From Acidimicrobiia bacterium (GTDB lineage: Bacteria; Actinomycetota; Acidimicrobiia; Spongiisociales; Spongiisociaceae), in assembly GCA_041576165.1 (NCBI GenBank), contig JBFGLM010000002.1, forward strand, positions 112,983-176,982: a stretch of 64,000 nt of DNA, in the 5' to 3' direction. A program made the position numbers and the translations under genes. The notes under the pieces were generated by a model that did not search any database, was not told where the DNA came from, and saw nothing but the letters and a program-made list of their open reading frames with translations. Positions 7,318-17,360 of the stretch are shown here, in pieces (position 1 is the stretch's first letter; each line of letters opens with the position of its first letter).

Positions 7318-9047
7318 TGGTGGCCCGCAGGACGGGCTCTCGTCTCGGAAGCCTTGACTTCCGACTCATCCTCCTCGGCTTTCTGTTCCTGGCAGCGTGG
7401 GCGATGATCGGGTTCAGGCTGTTCCAGGTGCAAGTTGTGCGGGCCGAGGACTACGCAGGCCAAGCGCGAGCCCAGCGTGTGACGACCCGGGAGCTGGCAC
7501 CCGATCGTGGCACGATCTTCGACCGCGAGGGCCGCGAGCTAGCAGTCACGATCGACTCGACATCGGTGTACGCAAACCCGCAACAGGTGATCGATCCGGA
7601 GGTGACTGCCACCCTGGTGGGCGGGCTGCTCGGGCTCGACATAGACGAACTCGAGGCCGAGCTCGATGGAGACGGGTCCTTCGTGTTTGTGGCCCGCCAG
7701 CTCGAATGGGAAATCGCCCAGCAGGTTCGGGAGCTCGAACTACCGGGCATCCACTTCGTGTCGGAACCGAAACGGGTGTATCCGGCAGGATCGCTGGCCG
7801 CCCATGTCGTTGGGTTCGTCGACATCGACTCGATCGGCATCGAGGGTCTCGAGGCCGAATACAACGAGCTGCTGGCCGGGAAGGGCGGGCGGCTGCTGGT
7901 CGAGCGCGATGTGGCGGGCCGGGTGATCCCACAGGGGGAGTATGACCTCGAACCGGCCGAGCCCGGTACCGACCTCATCACGTCGATTGATCGCGAGATC
8001 CAGTTCATCGCCGAGTCGGCGTGCGCCGCGGCGCTGGAGACGACAGGGTCGCGTCAGTGCACGATCGTCGTGCTCGACCCCCACACGTTTGAGATCCGGG
8101 CCCTGGTGGTGGCGCCCACGTTCGATCCCGCCAACCGACAAAGCGCGGATCCCAGCGTCTACAGCAACGCGGCCGTCCGTACCCAATACGAGCCGGGCTC
8201 GACCCAAAAGATCGTAACGGTGGCAGCCGCGCTCGAGGACCAGGTGGTGGGCGCCTACACCGAGTTTCTCGTTCCCGATCACATCGAGATGGTCCCCCGG
8301 GCGTGCGAGTCCGACACGGATGACATCACCGGCTGTTTCCGGGACGTCAACAAACATCCGGACACCATCATGACCGTGCGCCAATGTGTCACCGTCTCGT
8401 CCAACGTGTGCTCCATCAAGATCCAGCAGAAGCTCGGCGAAGAACGGCTCAACGACTACCTGGTCAACTTCGGGTACGGACAGCCCACCGGGGTGGATTT
8501 CCCGGGCGAGCTGCCCGGGCGGGTCAAGCTGGACGTGGGTTGCACAACCTGTCCGGCATCGGCGGCGATCGGCTATTCGGTGTCGGTTACCCCGCTCCAG
8601 ATGGCGGCGGTATACGCCACAATCGCCAATGATGGAGTATGGATGAGCCCCCGCCTCGTGACCGCAGTGGTCGATGGCCGCGGCCGCCGCCAGGAGATCG
8701 AACCGGCCGAGCGCCGGGTTGTGTCCGAAGGGACCGCCCGGACCGTTCGCGTGATGTTGCGCAGTGTGGTTGAAGAAGGCACAGGCACCCGGGCCGCGGT
8801 CGACGGCTATTCCGTTGGCGGCAAGACCGGCACCACCCGGCGTTTCGTCGAGGGCGAGGGCTACACCGACCAGGTTCTTGCGTCTTTCATCGGCATGGCA
8901 CCCATCGAGGATCCGGAACTCGTCGTCGGCGTGCTCCTGGATGCTCCCGCACCGGAGTTCGGCTCGGGGGGCCTGGCGGCGGCTCCGGTGTTTGCCGAGG
9001 TCATCGAAGGGGCGCTCCAGCAGATGGGGGTGGGACCCGATGCCTGA
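7317..9047 (+). CDS. ftsI: class B penicillin-binding protein FtsI (Cys-rich)
   Basis: TM anchor, RGTIFDREG, RVYPAG, GLE motifs; catalytic STQK, SSN, KTGT. Confidence 0.95.
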   Translation: MVARRTGSRLGSLDFRLILLGFLFLAAWAMIGFRLFQVQVVRAEDYAGQARAQRVTTRELAPDRGTIFDREGRELAVTIDSTSVYANPQQVIDPEVTATLVGGLLGLDIDELEAELDGDGSFVFVARQLEWEIAQQVRELELPGIHFVSEPKRVYPAGSLAAHVVGFVDIDSIGIEGLEAEYNELLAGKGGRLLVERDVAGRVIPQGEYDLEPAEPGTDLITSIDREIQFIAESACAAALETTGSRQCTIVVLDPHTFEIRALVVAPTFDPANRQSADPSVYSNAAVRTQYEPGSTQKIVTVAAALEDQVVGAYTEFLVPDHIEMVPRACESDTDDITGCFRDVNKHPDTIMTVRQCVTVSSNVCSIKIQQKLGEERLNDYLVNFGYGQPTGVDFPGELPGRVKLDVGCTTCPASAAIGYSVSVTPLQMAAVYATIANDGVWMSPRLVTAVVDGRGRRQEIEPAERRVVSEGTARTVRVMLRSVVEEGTGTRAAVDGYSVGGKTGTTRRFVEGEGYTDQVLASFIGMAPIEDPELVVGVLLDAPAPEFGSGGLAAAPVFAEVIEGALQQMGVGPDA

Positions 9048-10494
9048 ACCGGTGACGCTCGCGACGCTGGCCCAGCAGGTGGGCGCGGAGTTGCGGGGCG
9101 ACGGCAGCGTCTGGATAGAGGACGTGACCCATGACAGCCGGGCCGCCGGACCCCGCTCGCTGTTCGTTGCGGTTCGCGGGTTCACCGTTGACGGCCACCG
9201 GTACGTCGCCGGTCTCGCCGGGCGGGCGGGGGCGGCGGCAGTCGAGGAGTGGGTGGAGGCCGACATTCCGCAGCTCCTCGTGGCCGATTCACGGCTTGCG
9301 CTCGGGCTGCTGGCCGACGTCGTTCATGGTCATCCGAGCCGGGCGATGGACGTCGTCGGGGTGACGGGCACGAACGGAAAAACCACGGTGACCTACATGA
9401 TCGAGTCGATCGTGCGGGCGGCCGGCGGCAGGCCGGCGCGCGTCGGCACGACCGGCGCTTCGCTGAATGGGCGGTCGGTGCCGGTGCCCCGTACCACGCC
9501 CGAAGCCAGCGACCTCCACCGGCTGCTGGCAACCATGGCGCAGGCCGGGATCTCAGTCGCCTCGATCGAGGTCTCCTCCCATGCGCTCCAGCTCGGCAGA
9601 GTGGAAGGCGTCGATTTCGCGGTTGCCGGATTCACGAACCTCAGTCAGGACCACCTCGACTTTCATGGCGACATGGAGAGCTATTTTCGGACCAAGGCCA
9701 GGCTGTTCGATGGTCGGGCGCGAGCCGAGGTCATTTGGACCGATGACCCCTATGGCCGGCGATTGTTCGAGCTGCGTTCGCGAGTCGCCATGTCGGTTGG
9801 ATTCGACGACGCCGACGTTCGAGCATCGCAGGTGAGGACCACCTTGGGTCGCTCTTCATTCCTGCTCGAAACTCCTGGCGGCAAAGTCCCCGTGGAGTTG
9901 CCACTGGGCGGAGAGTTCAACGTCGCCAACGCGGCGATCGCGGCCGCCTGCGTGCTGCCCATTGATTTCGATCTCGAGGCGATCGCGGAGGGTCTCCAGG
10001 CTGTACCGCCCATCCCCGGACGCATGGAACGAATCAAGCGGGGTCAACCCTTTGCGGTGCTGGTCGATTACGCCCACACTCCAGGAGGGATCGAGATCAT
10101 TGTGGACTCGGCCCGTCGGGTCGCGTCGGGCCGAGTGATAGTGGTGGTCGGAGCGGGTGGCGACCGGGATCGTGACAAACGATCTCAGATGGGCGCCGCC
10201 GGCGCGCGGGCGGACGTGTTGATCGTCACTTCGGACAACCCCAGGTCCGAGGATCCAGAGGTCATCATCGACGAAGTTCTGGTCGGTGTGGCCGGCGCGG
10301 CCGCGACGATCATGCGGGAGGCCGATCGCCGGGCGGCAATAGAGTTGGCCATCGAGCTCGCCGCCCCCGATGACGTGGTGCTGGTGCTCGGCAAGGGGCA
10401 CGAACCCGGACAGGAGGTCCGGGGCGTGGTGCTGCCGTTCGACGACCGCCGGGTGGTGGCCGAAGCACTGGAAGCCGCCGGTTACGCATCATGA
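9040..10494 (+). CDS. murE: UDP-MurNAc-tripeptide synthetase MurE (meso-DAP type)
   Basis: GVTGTNGKTT, TTPE, EVSSHAL, NLSQDHLDFH, DYAHTP, DNPR (DAP specificity), GKGHE. Confidence 0.97.
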   Translation: MPEPVTLATLAQQVGAELRGDGSVWIEDVTHDSRAAGPRSLFVAVRGFTVDGHRYVAGLAGRAGAAAVEEWVEADIPQLLVADSRLALGLLADVVHGHPSRAMDVVGVTGTNGKTTVTYMIESIVRAAGGRPARVGTTGASLNGRSVPVPRTTPEASDLHRLLATMAQAGISVASIEVSSHALQLGRVEGVDFAVAGFTNLSQDHLDFHGDMESYFRTKARLFDGRARAEVIWTDDPYGRRLFELRSRVAMSVGFDDADVRASQVRTTLGRSSFLLETPGGKVPVELPLGGEFNVANAAIAAACVLPIDFDLEAIAEGLQAVPPIPGRMERIKRGQPFAVLVDYAHTPGGIEIIVDSARRVASGRVIVVVGAGGDRDRDKRSQMGAAGARADVLIVTSDNPRSEDPEVIIDEVLVGVAGAAATIMREADRRAAIELAIELAAPDDVVLVLGKGHEPGQEVRGVVLPFDDRRVVAEALEAAGYAS

Positions 10495-11540
10495 TTGCGC
10501 TGCTCGTCTCCGCCACAGCCGCACTGCTGATTTCGATCATCGGCACACCCGCTGCGATCGCAGTGCTGCGACGGCGCCAGGTCGGCCAGTTCATTCAGGA
10601 GGAGGTCGAAGGCCACTATCACAAACAGGGCACGCCCACCATGGGGGGTGTCGTGATGGTGGCAGCGGCCGTGGTGGCCTACCTAGCCGCCCACATATCG
10701 CTGTGGACGCCCGGCGACGGCCTGCGGTTGTCGGCTGAGCCGCTACGCACCGGAGGCCTGCTGGCGCTGCTGGCGCTGGTCGGGATGGCCATCATCGGAT
10801 TCCTGGACGACTTCATCAAGACCCATCGCCGGCGATCGCTGGGCCTCAGCATCCGCAGCAAATTCGCCGGCCAACTCCTGATAGCCATCCTCTTCGCAGT
10901 CGGTGCCGACCAGGCGGGAGTGTCGACTGAGCTCTCATTTGTCCGCCCCCTGGGGCTGGACCTAGGTGTCTTCTTTGTCGTGCTCGTGCTGTTGATGCTG
11001 ACCGGGGCGGCCAACGGTGCCAACCTGGCGGACGGGATGGACGGCCTGGCCGCGGGCTCTGCCGCCCTCATGTTCGGCGCCTTTACGATCATCGCCTTCT
11101 GGCAGTCGCGGAACCTCGATCTCTATGCGGCGAAGGACCCGCGCGAGTTGGCAATCCTGTCGGCAGCGATGCTGGGAGCGATCCTCGGGTTCCTGTGGTG
11201 GAACGCCCCTCCGGCCCGCATCTTCATGGGCGATGTCGGGTCGAACGCCATTGGGGGACTACTGGCAGCACTCGCTCTGCTGACCAGCACCCAGCTGCTA
11301 CTGGCGGTGCTGGCCGGTTTGTACGTGGCCGAAACGCTGTCGGTGATCATCCAGGTGTTCAGCTTCCGCACTTTCGGCAAACGGGTCTTCCGGATGGCCC
11401 CCATCCACCACCACTTTGAGATAGGGGGGTGGCCCGAGACAACCATCGTGATCCGGTTTTGGATATTGGCCGGGATCGGCGTGGCGCTGGCGCTCGGCTT
11501 CTTCTACGCCGACTTCCTACGAGCTGAGGGGCTGCTCTGA
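10491..11540 (+). CDS. mraY: phospho-MurNAc-pentapeptide transferase MraY
   Basis: KQGTPTMGG, GFLDD, NLADGMDGL, IFMGDVGS, MAPIHHHFE. Confidence 0.97.
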   Translation: MIALLVSATAALLISIIGTPAAIAVLRRRQVGQFIQEEVEGHYHKQGTPTMGGVVMVAAAVVAYLAAHISLWTPGDGLRLSAEPLRTGGLLALLALVGMAIIGFLDDFIKTHRRRSLGLSIRSKFAGQLLIAILFAVGADQAGVSTELSFVRPLGLDLGVFFVVLVLLMLTGAANGANLADGMDGLAAGSAALMFGAFTIIAFWQSRNLDLYAAKDPRELAILSAAMLGAILGFLWWNAPPARIFMGDVGSNAIGGLLAALALLTSTQLLLAVLAGLYVAETLSVIIQVFSFRTFGKRVFRMAPIHHHFEIGGWPETTIVIRFWILAGIGVALALGFFYADFLRAEGLL

Positions 11541-12829
11541 TGCGGGCGCTGGTGTTGGGTGGCAGCGTCACCGGCCGGGCGGCCGTGCAGCTGCTCGGCC
11601 GTTTGGGCTACGCGGTGACCGTATACGACGAAATGCCCTTAGACCCCCGCGACGTCGCTCCGGCTGCCATGGTCACCGGCGCCTGGTCGGATGAGCTGCT
11701 GGACGCCGTCGACCTCGTCGTGACGAGCCCCGGCTTCAAGCCGTCGTCGCCACCGATCATGGCTGCGAGGGCGCGCAGGGTCCCGTTGTGGGGTGATATC
11801 GAGCTGGCGATGCGCCACCTGCATGTCCCGTTCGTTGCTGTCACCGGCACCAACGGCAAGACCACGGTGGTGGAAATGATCGCGGCCATCCTGTCTGCAG
11901 AAGGGATGAGGGCACCGGCCGCCGGCAACATCGGGGAGCCGCCGGCCGATCTGGTCGGCGAAGACATCGACGCCCTGGTGCTCGAAGTATCGAGTTTTCA
12001 GCTGTTCTACAGCGAGACGTTTCATCCTCCGGTTGCGGTCTTGCTCAACGTTGCGCCGGACCACCTCGATTGGCATGGTTCGATGGAGGACTACGTCGCC
12101 GCCAAGGCCCGGATCTTCCGACGCCAGCAACCGGATGACACGCTGGTGTACTCCGTCGACGACGCCGGCGCCCGCAGCCTGGTCGGAGAGGCGCGGGGTC
12201 GCTTGGTCGGCGTGTCTGGTCACGAGGCCCCCGCCGGCGGGGCGGGTCCGGCAGGGGACGGATTTGTGCTTCCCACCGGACGGATACCGCTGAGAGAGCT
12301 CGCAGCAGACGATCCGATCTTCCTGGTGGACTTTGCTGCTGCCGCAGTCGCCGCTCACTGTCTCGGCGCCGGCCACGAGGCGATCCGCCGTACCGGGCGC
12401 TCCTTTCAGCCCGGGCACCATCGCCGGACGTTGGTTGGGACATGGGACGGGGTGAAATGGGTCAATGATTCAAAGGCGAGCAACCCGCACGCGGCGGTGG
12501 CCGCAATCGCCGCGTATCCCTCGGTCGTGCTGATTGCCGGCGGCCGCAACAAGGGCCTCGATCTCTCGCCGCTGGCCGCCGTGTCTACCGTGCGCTACAT
12601 CGTTGCGATCGGCGAGGCCGCCGACGAACTGCTGGCGGCCGCAGGCGCCGTGCCCCACGCCCGGGCTTCGACCATGCGCGAGGCGGTCCATATCGCCGAC
12701 ACCGTGGCCCGTCCCGGCGACACCGTGCTCCTTTCGCCGGGGTGCGCCAGCTTCGACATGTTCTCCTCCTACGGAGAGCGAGGCGACGTGTTCACAGCCG
12801 AGGTCAAAGCTCGTAAGGAGGCAGCATGA
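11540..12829 (+). CDS. murD: UDP-MurNAc-L-Ala--D-Glu ligase MurD
   Basis: AVTGTNGKTT, GNIG, LEVSSFQL, DHLDWH, NDSKASN, LSPGCASFDMF. Confidence 0.97.
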   Translation: MRALVLGGSVTGRAAVQLLGRLGYAVTVYDEMPLDPRDVAPAAMVTGAWSDELLDAVDLVVTSPGFKPSSPPIMAARARRVPLWGDIELAMRHLHVPFVAVTGTNGKTTVVEMIAAILSAEGMRAPAAGNIGEPPADLVGEDIDALVLEVSSFQLFYSETFHPPVAVLLNVAPDHLDWHGSMEDYVAAKARIFRRQQPDDTLVYSVDDAGARSLVGEARGRLVGVSGHEAPAGGAGPAGDGFVLPTGRIPLRELAADDPIFLVDFAAAAVAAHCLGAGHEAIRRTGRSFQPGHHRRTLVGTWDGVKWVNDSKASNPHAAVAAIAAYPSVVLIAGGRNKGLDLSPLAAVSTVRYIVAIGEAADELLAAAGAVPHARASTMREAVHIADTVARPGDTVLLSPGCASFDMFSSYGERGDVFTAEVKARKEAA

Positions 12830-13995
12830 GTGCCCGGGTGACATCGATCACGAGTATTCGGACGGCTGCCCGGCGGCGGGAGGTCGCCCGGACCACCAAC
12901 TCTCGACTCGTGTCGTTGATGCTGGTCATCGTCGGGATTCTCACCGTCATCGGCCTGGGTGCCACGCTGTCCGCCTCCTCGGTCCCAGGACTGCTGTCCG
13001 ATGCCAAAGACAGCCTGGTGTTCTTCAAGCGCCAGGTCGCCTGGGTGCTGCTGGGTGTCGTTGTGATGTTCGTGGCAAGCCGGGTCCCGTACGACTGGTA
13101 CCGGCGACTGGCCCTCCCTATCTTCCTCATCAGCGTGACCGGGTTGGCTGCGGTGCTCATGTTCGGGATCGAGGAAGGGGGAGCGAAACGCTGGCTGGAT
13201 CTCGGCCCCGTCGCGCTCCAGCCGTCCGAGTTCGCCAAATTCGGCACGATCGTGTTCCTCGCAACCATCTTCAGCCGCAAGGGCCTGCTGGTGACCGACT
13301 TCAATCACTTTCTGGTTCCGGTGGCTGCGGCGGCCGGGCTGACCGGACTGCTGGTGATCCTCGAGAAGGATCTCGGCACCACCATCATCATCGGAGCTGC
13401 GGTCGGCGCAGTGCTGATCGCGTCTGAAGCACCGCTGCTGTTCACATTCACCACCAGCCTCGTCGGGGGGCTGATGGCGGCGGCGCTGGCGCTGGCCGAG
13501 CCCTACCGGCGCGGGCGCGTGCTGTGCTTCCTGGATCCGTTCTCGGATCCGCTCGGCGACTGTTACCAGCTGGGACAGAGTCTGCTGGCCTTGGGGTCCG
13601 GTCACCTGTTCGGCGTTGGACTAGGTGCCAGCCGAGCGCGGTGGTCGTACCTCCCGAATGCGCACACCGACTTCATCTTCGCCATCATGGGCGAGGAAAC
13701 GGGGTTCGCGGGGGCATTGATGGTGCTGCTGCTCTTCGCAGCCCTGTCGGTGATCGGAGTGGTGGTCGCCCATCGTGCGATCGACCCATTCGGACGCATG
13801 CTCGCTGCGGGGATCACCGCCTGGCTGTCGGCGCAGGCAATCGTGAATATCGGCGGGGTGGTCGGGATCATGCCCATCACCGGCCTCGCATTGCCGTTCG
13901 TCTCGGTGGGCGGCAGCGCATTGGTCATGGCGATGGGCGCGGCCGGCGTGCTCATGAATATCGCGCACACCGGGAAAGGAAAGGTCAAACGGTGA
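12826..13995 (+). CDS. ftsW: SEDS peptidoglycan glycosyltransferase FtsW
   Basis: GAKRWL, QPSEFAK, YLPNAHTDFIFA..GEE, PITGLALPFVSVGGS. Confidence 0.96.
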   Translation: MSARVTSITSIRTAARRREVARTTNSRLVSLMLVIVGILTVIGLGATLSASSVPGLLSDAKDSLVFFKRQVAWVLLGVVVMFVASRVPYDWYRRLALPIFLISVTGLAAVLMFGIEEGGAKRWLDLGPVALQPSEFAKFGTIVFLATIFSRKGLLVTDFNHFLVPVAAAAGLTGLLVILEKDLGTTIIIGAAVGAVLIASEAPLLFTFTTSLVGGLMAAALALAEPYRRGRVLCFLDPFSDPLGDCYQLGQSLLALGSGHLFGVGLGASRARWSYLPNAHTDFIFAIMGEETGFAGALMVLLLFAALSVIGVVVAHRAIDPFGRMLAAGITAWLSAQAIVNIGGVVGIMPITGLALPFVSVGGSALVMAMGAAGVLMNIAHTGKGKVKR

Positions 13996-15074
13996 AGTAT
14001 GCGCTGGCCGCAGCCGGCACCGGCGGACATGTCTACCCGGCGCTCGCAGTGGGTGAAGCCTTGACCGCGGCCGGGGTGGCTCCGAGCGACGTTGTGGTCA
14101 TCGGAGGCGACCGGCTGGAGGCGACGGTCTTTCCCGCCGCCGGGTTTCCGTTCGAACGCCTGGAGGTGCGCGGATTCAATCGCGGCCGGATGGCCGCCAA
14201 TCTCGGGATTCCCCGCATGTTGGTGAGAGCGCGTTCCCGAGCGGCTGCGATACTGCAAGAGCACAAGGTCGGGGTTGTGCTCGGGTTCGGCAATTACATC
14301 ACAGTGCCGGTCGCGATGGCCGCCCGCAAGCTCGACGTTCCACTGTTTGTGCACGAACAGAACGCTCATCCCGGCCTCGCCAACCGCTTGGCCAGTCGCT
14401 GGGCCGAACGCGCCTTCGTCTCGTTCCCGGACACCCCTCAGCTCCACCGGCCCGAGTTCACCGGCAACCCGCTTCGGTCACAATTCGACGGGTTCGACCG
14501 AGATTCCCTCCGTCCCCGAGCTCGGGAGCGCTACGGGCTCGATGCTGATCAACTCACGCTTGGGGTGTTCGGCGGCAGTCTCGGAGCTCGAGCCATCAAC
14601 GATGCAGTAGCGACGATGCTGGCTGAGTGGTCTGGTCCGCCGATGCAAGTCATCCATCTGGTCGGTGACAAAGGAAGTCCGGATCCGGCCGAGCGGCGGT
14701 CGCCGGCCGCGGTTCGATGGACGGTCAGACAGTTCGAGGATCGCATGGATCTGTTCTATGCGGCGCTCGACTTGGTCATCGCCCGGGCAGGGGGCGGCAT
14801 CGCTGAGGTGCTGGCTACGGCCACGCCGGCCATCCTGATTCCGGGTGGATTCGGCTCGGGAGGCCATCAGCTGGCCAACGCCGGATACGCGGCCGAAGCC
14901 GGAGCCGCCGCGATAGTTCCTGAGGCGGAGCTGAGCCGGCTCACCTCCGTGGTCACGGACCTCGCGACCCACCCCGACGCGCGGCTTGGTATGTCTGCGG
15001 CAGCTCGCAGTATTGCGCGGACCGATGCCGCGCATGTCATCGCCCGGCGTTTGATGGCGGCCGCACATGGTTGA
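13992..15074 (+). CDS. murG: lipid I GlcNAc transferase MurG
   Basis: AGTGGHVYPA, HEQNAHPGLANR, TGNPLR, GGSLGA, HQLANA; GTG start overlapping the ftsW stop. Confidence 0.95.
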   Translation: MKYALAAAGTGGHVYPALAVGEALTAAGVAPSDVVVIGGDRLEATVFPAAGFPFERLEVRGFNRGRMAANLGIPRMLVRARSRAAAILQEHKVGVVLGFGNYITVPVAMAARKLDVPLFVHEQNAHPGLANRLASRWAERAFVSFPDTPQLHRPEFTGNPLRSQFDGFDRDSLRPRARERYGLDADQLTLGVFGGSLGARAINDAVATMLAEWSGPPMQVIHLVGDKGSPDPAERRSPAAVRWTVRQFEDRMDLFYAALDLVIARAGGGIAEVLATATPAILIPGGFGSGGHQLANAGYAAEAGAAAIVPEAELSRLTSVVTDLATHPDARLGMSAAARSIARTDAAHVIARRLMAAAHG

Positions 15075-16440
15075 CCTGTCAACACCGCGACGGGTGCACA
15101 TGATCGGCATTGGTGGAGCCGGGATGAGCGGACTTGCCAAGCTCCTGCACCAAATGGGCCACACAGTCACCGGCTCCGACATGAAGACAGGCTCGATCAT
15201 GCGCGACCTCGAAGATCTCGGTCTCGACGTATGGGAGGGAAGCCGGCCGGCCAGGGTCGCCGAACTGGACTTGCTGGTTGCGTCGAGTGCGGTGCCGGGT
15301 TCAGATCCGGAGCGCCGGGCGGCCGAAGAGGCGGGGGTCGTCGTGTGGGACCGTCCCGATCTCCTCGAGGCAATAACTCGCGACCTGCTACGAACGATTG
15401 GTGCCACCGGCACCCACGGCAAGACCACCAGCACGGCGCTCCTGGTGAACGCACTGCGGGCGCTGGGAAGGGATCCGTCGTTCGTAGTAGGGGGCTTGCT
15501 CAGCGACTTCGGCACCCGGGCCCACCTAGGCGAGCGTGATCTGTTCGTGCTGGAAGCCGACGAGGCGTTCGGCACCTTTACCCGGTTGCATCTAGAGGGT
15601 TTGATGGTCACCAACGTTGAGGCGGACCATCTGGATCACTACGAAACGCTCGACCGGATCGAGGACACTTTCGCCGAGGTCGTGCGCCGGGTCGACGGCC
15701 CGGTGGTGGTGGGAGTCGATGATCCGGGAGGTCGACGATTGGCGGAGCGAACCGGCCGCGCCACATACGGCACGGCGGCGGATGCCGATTGGCGGATCGT
15801 CGACCTCGCTGAGCGGGGAGATGCTGTTGAGTTCCGGCTGACCGGGCCCGGCACCAGCACCGACGTCCGGGTGGGACGGCCGGGCGTGCACGTCGCCCGC
15901 AATGCAGCGGGAGCGCTCGCGTTGTTGGGCTCCCTTGGCATGGACGTCGCTGTCGCCGCCCGACGTTTCGGTGAATTCCGGGGGGTCCACCGCCGGTTTG
16001 AGGTGCGGGCCAAGATCGGAGGGGTCACGATCATTGATGACTACGCCCATCACCCCACCGAGGTCGCCGCCAATCTCCGGGCGGCTGCGGCCGGCGACTG
16101 GTCACGGATCTGGGCGGTGTTTCAACCTCACCTGTATTCGCGAACCGAAGCGATGGCGTTCGAGTTTGGCGCCGCCTTCGCCCTGGCCGACAAAGTGGTC
16201 GTCACCGACGTGTACGGCGCCCGGGAAGCGCCGATCCCTGGAGTGAACGGCGAGCTCGTCGCCGATGCCGCCAAAGCCCGCACGGAGGCTGAGGTGTTCT
16301 ACGTGCCTCGGCGAGGTGATGTCGCGGCGTTCTTGGTTGAGCGGGTGGCTCCGGGCGATCTCGTGTTGACGTTCGGGGCGGGCGACGTGACATTGATCCC
16401 CGACGAGTTGGCCGCCATGCTCGCGGAGCGTTTGACATGA
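15067..16440 (+). CDS. murC: UDP-MurNAc--L-Ala ligase MurC
   Basis: IGIGGAGMSGLA, GTHGKTTST, EADE, DHLDHY, DDYAHHPTE, FQPHLYSRT. Confidence 0.97.
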   Translation: MVDLSTPRRVHMIGIGGAGMSGLAKLLHQMGHTVTGSDMKTGSIMRDLEDLGLDVWEGSRPARVAELDLLVASSAVPGSDPERRAAEEAGVVVWDRPDLLEAITRDLLRTIGATGTHGKTTSTALLVNALRALGRDPSFVVGGLLSDFGTRAHLGERDLFVLEADEAFGTFTRLHLEGLMVTNVEADHLDHYETLDRIEDTFAEVVRRVDGPVVVGVDDPGGRRLAERTGRATYGTAADADWRIVDLAERGDAVEFRLTGPGTSTDVRVGRPGVHVARNAAGALALLGSLGMDVAVAARRFGEFRGVHRRFEVRAKIGGVTIIDDYAHHPTEVAANLRAAAAGDWSRIWAVFQPHLYSRTEAMAFEFGAAFALADKVVVTDVYGAREAPIPGVNGELVADAAKARTEAEVFYVPRRGDVAAFLVERVAPGDLVLTFGAGDVTLIPDELAAMLAERLT

Positions 16441-17360
16441 CGCGCTGGAAGGAGCTGGTCGAGGCGGGAGTGGTAGCGACCAAAGTGATGGTCGGCGGTC
16501 TCACCACGTACAAGCTGGGCGGTCCCACCCGTTTCTTCGCAGAGCCGAAGAGCCTGGCCGAACTGCAGATGATCCTGGAGGCCCGGAATGCCGAGCCGGT
16601 GCCACTGCTGGTGATCGGCCGGGGCAGCAACCTGGTCGTTTCGGACCGCGGATTCGACGGGATCGCGCTCCGCCTGAGCGGTGATTTCTCGGAGACGCTG
16701 ATCGACGGAGCCAGCGTCACCGCCGGTGCAGCGGTGAGTCTTCCCGTGCTGGCCCGGACGGCGGCCCGGGCTTCGCTCGGTGGCCTGGAATTCTTCGTCG
16801 GTATCCCCGGTTCGGTCGGCGGGGCGATCGTGATGAACGCCGGCTGTTTCGGTACCGAAACAGCCGACGTCCTGGACAGTGCCGACATCCTCGATCTGAA
16901 CAGCGGCGAGGTGCGTCAAGCTGATTCCGCCGGCCTGGAAATGACGTACCGGTCAACCAACCTCTCGGCCCGCGACCTGGTGGTGGGCGCAACCTTCCGG
17001 ACTGTGCCGTCCACCCGGACGGCCTCGGAAGCACGTATGCGCGAGATCACCAGGTGGCGCAAGGAGCACCAGCCCGGCGGCACTCTCAACGCAGGCTCAG
17101 TGTTCAAAAACCCTCCGGGCGATGCGGCCGGCCGTATCATCGACGCGTTGGGTCTCAAAGGCTTCGGCTCAGGAAAGGTGAGGGTGTCCGAACGCCACGC
17201 CAACTTCTTTGTCGCAGAATCTGACGCGTCCGCTCAAGACGTCTGGAATCTGGTGCACGCAGTGCAGCGACGGGTACGAGAACGGACCGGCGTCGAGCTG
17301 GAACCCGAGATCCGGTTCGTCGGCCAATTCGAGCCGGTCGACGAGGGGGCGCTCGCATGA
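16437..17360 (+). CDS. murB: UDP-N-acetylenolpyruvylglucosamine reductase MurB
   Basis: TTYKLGG, GRGSNL, GIPGSVGGAIVMNAG, AGSVFKNP, HANF, LEPEI. Confidence 0.97.
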   Translation: MTRWKELVEAGVVATKVMVGGLTTYKLGGPTRFFAEPKSLAELQMILEARNAEPVPLLVIGRGSNLVVSDRGFDGIALRLSGDFSETLIDGASVTAGAAVSLPVLARTAARASLGGLEFFVGIPGSVGGAIVMNAGCFGTETADVLDSADILDLNSGEVRQADSAGLEMTYRSTNLSARDLVVGATFRTVPSTRTASEARMREITRWRKEHQPGGTLNAGSVFKNPPGDAAGRIIDALGLKGFGSGKVRVSERHANFFVAESDASAQDVWNLVHAVQRRVRERTGVELEPEIRFVGQFEPVDEGALA

